The notes beneath the pieces are model-generated. The model was given only the letters and a program-made list of their open reading frames with translations, was not told the DNA's origin and searched no databases. From an uncultured Burkholderiaceae bacterium (lineage in GTDB: Bacteria > Pseudomonadota > Gammaproteobacteria > Burkholderiales > Burkholderiaceae_E), in the NCBI GenBank assembly GCA_964488395.1, contig CAZAVT010000002.1, positions 1 to 30,970 on the forward strand: a stretch of 30,970 bases of DNA, in the 5' to 3' direction. Within the stretch, counting starts at the first letter, position 1. Every line of letters starts with the position of its first letter. The position numbers were made by a program, and so were the translations under genes. Shown piece by piece: positions 25,338 to 30,970 of the stretch.

Positions 25338-25913
25338 ATGAGCGAATTCCGTATCGACCCCGCCACTTCGGCCCTGGTGCTGATCGACCTGCAGGTTGGC
25401 ATCGTCGCGATGAACGTGGCGCCGCGCCCTTCCTCAGAGGTGGTGGCAAACGCGCGTCGACTGGCCGCGCGATTTCGGGCGGCACACGCCACCGTGGTAC
25501 TGGTCAACGTCGCCAATCTGCCCGACGGCCGAGATGCGCTCGCACCCACGCTCGATCAACCGCCGCCTGCTGGCAAGCGCCCCGAGAACTGGGCCCAGTT
25601 CGTGCCCGAACTCGATCAGCAGACCAGCGATCTGGTGATCACCAAGCGGCAATGGGGCGCGTTCTATGGCACCGAACTCGACCTGCAACTTCGCCGCCGC
25701 GGGATTCGCACGATCGTGCTCGCCGGCATCTCGACCAACGTCGGCGTGGAGTCGACCGCGCGGGATGCCTTCGAGCGCGGCTTCGACCAGATCCTGGTCG
25801 AAGATGCAATGGCCAGTCCCTCGGCTGAAGCTCACGTGGCAACCGTGAAATTCACGTTTCCGAGGATCGGTCGCATCCGCACCACCGAGGCGGTGCTGAC
25901 GGCACTCGGCTGA
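25338..25913 (+). CDS. Isochorismatase-family protein, YecD-like
   Basis: ALVLIDLQ.GI, ITKRQWGAFYGTELDLQLRRRGI.TIVLAGISTNVGVESTAR. Gly sits at the usual nucleophilic Cys position. Confidence 0.9.
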   Translation: MSEFRIDPATSALVLIDLQVGIVAMNVAPRPSSEVVANARRLAARFRAAHATVVLVNVANLPDGRDALAPTLDQPPPAGKRPENWAQFVPELDQQTSDLVITKRQWGAFYGTELDLQLRRRGIRTIVLAGISTNVGVESTARDAFERGFDQILVEDAMASPSAEAHVATVKFTFPRIGRIRTTEAVLTALG

Positions 25914-25935
25914 ATCGCGGCCCGCACGCCCGGCC

Positions 25936-26844
25936 TTAGGCGAACCGATCCGGTTGGGGCTGGTCGATCCCCGGGGCGAGCGGCTGCTGCGCCGGCTCAG
26001 GGCCGAGAACGAGGTCCTCGCTCGCCGTCGGGTTCAGGTCGAACGGGACCGCCCGGGCGAGCGCCATCCAAACCGCAAAAGGCAGTGTCTTTGACGCACG
26101 ACGTGGCGCTGGACGCGCCACCCGGAATCGCCCCGCCTCCTCGAGCAGCACACCGCACTCCGGCGGGAGCTCGGAAGGATCGGCGATCGGACGCCCGGCC
26201 TTGTCAGCGCCCAGCACGTACCAGCACTCGTCGGCAAGGGCGAAATAGGCGGCACGCTTGTCGGGCCGTCTGAGCTCGCCCAGCAGATCGCTGCGGTGGC
26301 TCTTGATCTCGTCGATACGGCTTGAGAGGCGGCCTGGGTCGGACGTGTTGCGAATCGAGAAAACGTCCGGTCGGCATAATCGCCAACGGACATTGGACAC
26401 CGGCTCGTCGGCGACTGGACCCAGCAGGTCGTCGTCGGCCAGGTTGGGCTCGGACGTCCCATCGGGCAAGGCAGCATCCTGTATGGGCGCACGCAGGCAT
26501 AGGCCAGTCCAGACAATCCGGCCCTGCGCCTGCAGGCTCGTGGCGACCCTCCTGACCAGCCCCTCGTGCGGATCGAAAGCGCTCCGGTTGATCTCGAGCG
26601 AACGCTTGAGCCAGACCAGCCCGAGATCGGTCAGCCGAAGGGTCTCTGCGCCGGCGCTACCGGCGGGCGGGACGACGCGCTCGATGAGACCCGCTGCGAG
26701 AAGATCGATCTCAATGGCGTCCAGACTGGGCCATCCCGCGGAGCGCCACAGAGCCCGCAAGCGCCGCAAATGCGCGCGACGGGGGGCCCAGTCCGTCGAG
26801 CCGCTCAGAAGCTGAGATTGGCTGCCTTGACGAGCGTGGTCCAC
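25936..26844 (-). CDS. Hypothetical protein: wHTH-like N-terminus plus MmcB-like PD-(D/E)XK nuclease domain
   Basis: RPDVFS...DEIKSHRSDLLGE...KRAAY...ADECWYV...ELPPECGVL...VARPAP. Start is uncertain because GTG 26844 overlaps the Bug 6 3' end by 40 nt. Confidence 0.7.
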   Translation of the reverse strand: MDHARQGSQSQLLSGSTDWAPRRAHLRRLRALWRSAGWPSLDAIEIDLLAAGLIERVVPPAGSAGAETLRLTDLGLVWLKRSLEINRSAFDPHEGLVRRVATSLQAQGRIVWTGLCLRAPIQDAALPDGTSEPNLADDDLLGPVADEPVSNVRWRLCRPDVFSIRNTSDPGRLSSRIDEIKSHRSDLLGELRRPDKRAAYFALADECWYVLGADKAGRPIADPSELPPECGVLLEEAGRFRVARPAPRRASKTLPFAVWMALARAVPFDLNPTASEDLVLGPEPAQQPLAPGIDQPQPDRFA

Positions 26845-27779
26845 CGCTCGATATCCTCGCCGATGAGCTTCATCATGTCGTCGGGCGAGCCGCCCAGCAC
26901 GGTGGTGCCTTCGGATTCGAATTTTTCACGAATCGCGGGCATCTTCAGCACCTCGTTCAGCTCGCGATTGAGCCGCGTCAGGACATCGGCAGGGATCCCG
27001 CGCGGCCCGCCGATCGCCTTCCAATCGACCACCTGGTATTTCGGGTAGCCCTGTTCAGCGAAGGTCGGCACCTCGGGCAACTGTGACGAGCGCTGGGTAC
27101 CGGAGATCCCGATGGCACGCACCCGGCCTGCCTTGACATGCTGGGCGGCAAAAGTGGCACTGGTGAACATCAGGTCCACACTGCGGCCCATCACATCGGT
27201 AAACGCCTGGGAGGACCCCTTGTACGGCACATGGAGCAATTGCACCCGCATGTTGTAGCCGAGTTCCTCGGCCGCCATGTGGGCGATCGAGCCCATGCCG
27301 GCGGACCCGTGGGAGATCTTGCCGGGGCTCTTGCGGGCCAATGCCTCGAGTATGTTGGCATCACGGATCGCCGAATCCGGATGAACGATCGCCACCACCG
27401 GGTCGCGCGAGACCATCATAATCGGCTGCAAGTCACCCAGCGGGTCGTAAGGCAGTTTCTTGTTCACCGCCGCCTGGATTGCATAGGTGCTGGACATGTT
27501 GAGTAAGGTGTAGCCATCGGGCGGGGACTTCAGCACATGGGCCGCCCCAATGTTGCCGCTTGCACCGACCCGGTTTTCGACCACCACGCCCGCGGGAAAG
27601 CGCTCGGACAGGCCCTTGGCCACCAATCGCGCGATCACATCACCACCACCTCCGGCGGCAAACGGCACCACGAAACTGATCGGTCGGTTGGGAAACCCGG
27701 TCTGTGCGCGCAGAAACGGGGTGGCGCCGGCCAGCGTCACGGCCGCAAGGCCTGAGCGAACGAAATCACGTCGATGCAT
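26805..27779 (-). CDS. Bug/TctC substrate-binding protein (Bug 6), twin-arginine-type signal
   Basis: MHRRDFV signal, FPNRPISFVVPFAAGGGGD, VENRVGASG, DGYTLL and HVPYKG. GGAGGAG RBS before ATG 27779. Confidence 0.95.
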   Translation of the reverse strand: MHRRDFVRSGLAAVTLAGATPFLRAQTGFPNRPISFVVPFAAGGGGDVIARLVAKGLSERFPAGVVVENRVGASGNIGAAHVLKSPPDGYTLLNMSSTYAIQAAVNKKLPYDPLGDLQPIMMVSRDPVVAIVHPDSAIRDANILEALARKSPGKISHGSAGMGSIAHMAAEELGYNMRVQLLHVPYKGSSQAFTDVMGRSVDLMFTSATFAAQHVKAGRVRAIGISGTQRSSQLPEVPTFAEQGYPKYQVVDWKAIGGPRGIPADVLTRLNRELNEVLKMPAIREKFESEGTTVLGGSPDDMMKLIGEDIERWTTLVKAANLSF

Positions 27780-27855
27780 GAGGCTCCTCCAGGATGACAG
27801 GGCGGTTGGATGGCGGATTGGTTCGACCCCCCATCGCGCATCGTGATCGAGATCC

Positions 27856-28842
27856 TCAGCGGGCCTGAAGATCAACCACGAGACGGCCACGGTTGCGACC
27901 CTCGATCAGCGCCTCGAAGGCCTGCGGCAGCTCGCGCAGTCCGATCACCCGTCGGATCGCGGCCATGTGGCGCGGTCGAAGGTCGGTCGCAAGGCGCGCC
28001 CAAATGCGTTCGCGAAGGGGCATGGGGCTGTTGGCGTTGATCCCGAGGAGGCGCACACCCCGCAGGATCAGCGGCATCATCGAGGTCGACAACCCATTGC
28101 CCGCGGCGTTGCCAAAACTCGCGATCACGCCGTTGGGCAACATGGTGCGCAGCAAGTCGTCGAGCGGCTCTCCCCCCAGGGAATCGATGGCGCCCGCCCA
28201 GCGCGCGCGCTCGAGCGGACGGGCACCGATCGTGGGCGGGGGGTGGACCTCGCGCGCGCCGAGCTTACGCAACCAACCATCGTCAGACTTGCGACTGAGC
28301 GCGCAGACTTCGTAGCCCAGACCGGCGAGCATGTCGATCGCGAGGCAAGCCACGCCGCCGGTTGCACCATTCACGGCAACCGGGCCATTCGCCGGCGCGA
28401 GGCCGTTCTGCTCAAGCGCATCGATCGCGAGCGCCGCCGTGTAGCCAGCGGCACCCAAGGTACCGGCCTCCTCGAGGGACAGGCCCTCGGGCAGGCGCAT
28501 CACCAGATCGGCCGGAACAACGGTGGTCTGGGTGAAGCCGCCATCGCGTTCGGCGCTCAGCCCAAAGCCATGGACGATCACGCGATCACCGGCCCGAAAG
28601 CGTGAGTCGGCGGACTGCTCGACCGTCCCCGCGATCTCGATGCCCCCTGTGCAGGGAAAGCTGCGCACGATCGGGGCGCGGTCCAGGCCCGCGAGGGCAT
28701 CCTTGTAGTTGACGCCAGCGTAAGCGCCCCGGATCACCACGTCACCGTCGCCGGCGATCTCAGCAAGTTGCCGTTCGACGAGTGCGCTCCGAAACCCCTT
28801 TTCGTCCTTGAAGAGGCGCCAGGCGAGGAAGGCGTCGGTCAT
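27856..28842 (-). CDS. YhdH/AcuI family NADPH-dependent MDR oxidoreductase (putative acryloyl-CoA reductase)
   Basis: VNYKDALA, GIEIAGTV, GAAGYTA, VNGATGGV, WAGAIDSLGG, MPLILRGVRLLGI and GRLVVD. Confidence 0.88.
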   Translation of the reverse strand: MTDAFLAWRLFKDEKGFRSALVERQLAEIAGDGDVVIRGAYAGVNYKDALAGLDRAPIVRSFPCTGGIEIAGTVEQSADSRFRAGDRVIVHGFGLSAERDGGFTQTTVVPADLVMRLPEGLSLEEAGTLGAAGYTAALAIDALEQNGLAPANGPVAVNGATGGVACLAIDMLAGLGYEVCALSRKSDDGWLRKLGAREVHPPPTIGARPLERARWAGAIDSLGGEPLDDLLRTMLPNGVIASFGNAAGNGLSTSMMPLILRGVRLLGINANSPMPLRERIWARLATDLRPRHMAAIRRVIGLRELPQAFEALIEGRNRGRLVVDLQAR

Positions 28843-29027
28843 GCCATTGCTCCGGTTGGGTGGGGGCCAGTCAAGCGCTCTGGTCTGGGGGGCGAATCTG
28901 TAGCGGCATCGTACTTGGGCGCTGCCCGAGATTCAAACCAGCTGCTCTCCCCTAGCGAGCAAAATCGTTTACGCTCGAATCGCAATGCTGTGCGGATAGC
29001 CTTCGCCCACCCAAACCGAGACCCGAG

Positions 29028-30200
29028 ATGACCCTGCGTAGCGACAGCCCCGAATTCGCCCCGATGCTCGAGCGTATCCGCCGTTTCGTCCGCGAGGAGT
29101 GCATCCCCCTCGAGCAATCGATCGATCACGACGACCGGATCCCGGACGAACTGGTCGAACGGATGCGCGAACTGGGCCTGTTTGGGCACAGCATTCCCAC
29201 TGAATATGGCGGTAGTGGCCTCGACACCGAGGCGTTGGCCAGAGTCAACATCGAGGTCTCGCAGGCTGCGCCTGTCTTTCGGGCGCGCTTTGGCGGCAAC
29301 ACCGGCATCGGCTCGGAGGCTCTGATCGCCGACGGCACCGAGGCTCAGAAACGCCAGTGGCTGCCGCAGCTTGCGAGCGGGCGATTGACCGGCTGCTTCG
29401 CACTCACGGAAGAGACAGCGGGCTCGGACGCGACCGCACTCGCGACTCGCGCTGAGCGGCGCGGACGTCGCTGGGTAATCAACGGTCGAAAGCGCTACAT
29501 CACCAACGCACCGATCGCTGACCTCTATACCGTGTTTGCCCGCACGAGCGATGCGCGGCGCGGCGGCTCTGGGATCAGCGCCTTCCTGATCCCGCGCGGC
29601 ACGCCTGGCCTGTCGGCGCCACCCGGGCCCCGCAAGATGGGTCAACACGGCTCACCGGTCGGCGAGGTGCTGCTCGAGAACTGCACGGTGACCGATGACG
29701 CCCTGCTGGGGGGGCATGAGGGTCAGGGATTTCAGAGCGCGATGAAAGCGCTCAACAAGCAACGGATCAACCTCGCCGCACTTTGCACTGGGCCGGCCAT
29801 TCGACTGGTCGAGGAAATGTTTCGCTTCGCCCACAAACGCCAGCAATTCAGCCAGGCGATCGCCGAATTTCAGATGGTTCAGCAAATGATTGCCGAGAGC
29901 AACACCGAGGTGCACGCCGCGCGTGCACTGGTCCTCGAGACTGCGCGGGCCCGGGACCACGGCGAGGACGTGACCATGCAGGCCTCAATGTGCAAGCTTT
30001 TCGCCTCGGAGATGTGCGGCCGCGTGGCCGACCGGGCGGTCCAGGTGATGGGCGGCGCGGGCTATATGGCTGGACAGGTGGCTGAACGCTTCTATCGCGA
30101 CGTCCGCCTATTCCGGCTGTACGAGGGGACCAGCCAGATCCACCTGCTGAACATCATGCGGCAGATGAACGCACAGGCGCAGGACCGATCGCAGACTTAG
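29028..30200 (+). CDS. Acyl-CoA dehydrogenase
   Basis: GLFG..IP.EYGG.G, FALTE..AGSD, INGRKRYITNAP.A, KMGQHGS, R.QF.QAIAEFQ.VQ, K.FASE, VQVMGG.GY and YRDVRLFRLYEGTSQI. Confidence 0.96.
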   Translation: MTLRSDSPEFAPMLERIRRFVREECIPLEQSIDHDDRIPDELVERMRELGLFGHSIPTEYGGSGLDTEALARVNIEVSQAAPVFRARFGGNTGIGSEALIADGTEAQKRQWLPQLASGRLTGCFALTEETAGSDATALATRAERRGRRWVINGRKRYITNAPIADLYTVFARTSDARRGGSGISAFLIPRGTPGLSAPPGPRKMGQHGSPVGEVLLENCTVTDDALLGGHEGQGFQSAMKALNKQRINLAALCTGPAIRLVEEMFRFAHKRQQFSQAIAEFQMVQQMIAESNTEVHAARALVLETARARDHGEDVTMQASMCKLFASEMCGRVADRAVQVMGGAGYMAGQVAERFYRDVRLFRLYEGTSQIHLLNIMRQMNAQAQDRSQT

Positions 30201-30210
30201 GCTCGGCGAG

Positions 30211-30831
30211 TCAATCGTCGCGCCAGGCGGGCAGTTGCCAATTGAAGTGAATCGCCAGGAGCCGCAGGGCTGCGATCAGCGAGAAACAGACCGAAAACGA
30301 CAACATCGGATCGAGACCGATGGCATCAAGAAAAAGGTAGAGACCACTCCCGGCGAAGGCAAACAACGCGTAGGGCTTGTGATCGGAGAAGGCTTTCGGA
30401 ATGTCGTTGCACACCATGTCTCGCAACACGCCGCCGACGATCGCGCTGATCACACCCATCAGGATGGCCACAATCGCCGACTCATCGGCCTGAGCTGCAA
30501 GCCGGGTGCCGAGAATACTGAAGAGTGCGAGCCCCAGCGCGTCAGGAATCTGGATCGCACGCTCGGTCCAAGCGATGTGACGGCCGCGCAGAAACGCAAT
30601 GCCCAGGACCGACAGGACAATCAGCATCCACAGCCAGTAATGCTGCTCGACCCAAAAGAAGGGGCGCCGGTCGAGCAGCAGGTCCCGAAGCGTGCCCCCG
30701 CCAAAGGCCGTCACCCCCGAAACCATGCACACGCCGACCGCATCAAGACGCTTGCGCAAGCCCGCAATCAATCCCGAGACCGCGAAAGCGAGCGTGGCGA
30801 GAATTTCGATCAACAGCTCAAAGGTCGCCAC
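30211..30831 (-). CDS. TRIC / UPF0126 (YadS-like) membrane protein
   Basis: Duplicated motifs GGGTLRDLLL and GGVLRDMVCN, plus AFAVSG and DALGL..F...G. Start placed at GTG 30831 (AGGAG RBS 8 nt upstream, 206 aa). The ORF track gives 30903. Confidence 0.88.
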   Translation of the reverse strand: MATFELLIEILATLAFAVSGLIAGLRKRLDAVGVCMVSGVTAFGGGTLRDLLLDRRPFFWVEQHYWLWMLIVLSVLGIAFLRGRHIAWTERAIQIPDALGLALFSILGTRLAAQADESAIVAILMGVISAIVGGVLRDMVCNDIPKAFSDHKPYALFAFAGSGLYLFLDAIGLDPMLSFSVCFSLIAALRLLAIHFNWQLPAWRDD

Positions 30832-30923
30832 GCGCCCGGCTCCTGACTGGTGCAAAGCATCAGTATCACCCAAAGCTACAATCACCGGATCGAAGTGACG
30901 CATTGGCAGGGGGAGGACAATCG

Positions 30924-30970
30924 ATGGCTCAAAACGACGATCTCCAATGGCCGTTCTTCGAGGACCGGCA
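30924..30970 (+). CDS. 5' end of a gene, probably an acyl-CoA dehydrogenase (truncated by window)
   Basis: GGAGG RBS then ATG GCT CAA... reading MAQNDDLQWPFFEDR. As I recall, WPFFEDRH-type N-termini are typical of one ACAD subfamily. Only 15 codons are visible. Confidence 0.55.
   Translation, partial: MAQNDDLQWPFFEDR

Noticed and set aside
26780-27860. LexA/SOS box for the MmcB-like gene
   Set aside because: I found no CTGT-N8-ACAG near the possible starts or upstream of the Bug 6 gene by eye.
28854-28892. Clustered G-runs as a G-quadruplex
   Set aside because: Only three runs of three or more G with a long loop, not a canonical pattern.
28956-28977. CGAGC-N12-GCTCG inverted repeat in the acuI/ACAD intergenic region
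   Set aside because: Only 5-bp GC-rich arms, a single copy, and no adjacent regulator, so it is compatible with chance.
1-30970. tRNA, rRNA, CRISPR array, IS/transposase, integrase or prophage genes
   Set aside because: No such motifs, regularly spaced repeats or terminal inverted repeats were seen. Intergenic spaces are short (at most about 185 nt).

Overview
GC-rich bacterial window, probably from a Burkholderiales-type betaproteobacterium (inferred from six Bug/TctC solute-binding genes with no tctA/tctB partner). It is densely coding (30 CDS, two truncated by the window edges). I see no rRNA, tRNA, CRISPR array or mobile element. Layout: (1) 1-5491, an unassigned catabolic cluster (atypical SDR, Bug, CitE-like lyase, cupin, HutC-type GntR, Bug, convergent HpcH aldolase); (2) pncA; (3) a 17 kb minus-strand run, 23473 to 6266: variant aconitase, TcuA-like flavoprotein, Bug, SDR, Bug, MmgE/PrpD protein, Cys-less hydantoin-racemase-like protein, Bug, BenE, orphan 7TM-DISM kinase, NTT-type transporter, Tat-signal aldo-keto reductase, Cys-rich lipoprotein, SGNH hydrolase; (4) divergent from it, an FCD-type GntR, an ICL/PEP-mutase lyase and a YecD-like protein, with two visible palindromic operators between the arms; (5) an MmcB-like PD-(D/E)XK protein, Bug, AcuI/YhdH reductase, acyl-CoA dehydrogenase, TRIC/YadS protein and the start of another probable acyl-CoA dehydrogenase. 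The best candidate for an undescribed system is 12999-25913. It looks like a desaturate-hydrate-cleave pathway for a non-canonical tricarboxylate, and several of its enzymes deviate at family-defining active-site motifs. All family assignments come from motif recognition by eye, not database searches, and the substrate is unknown.
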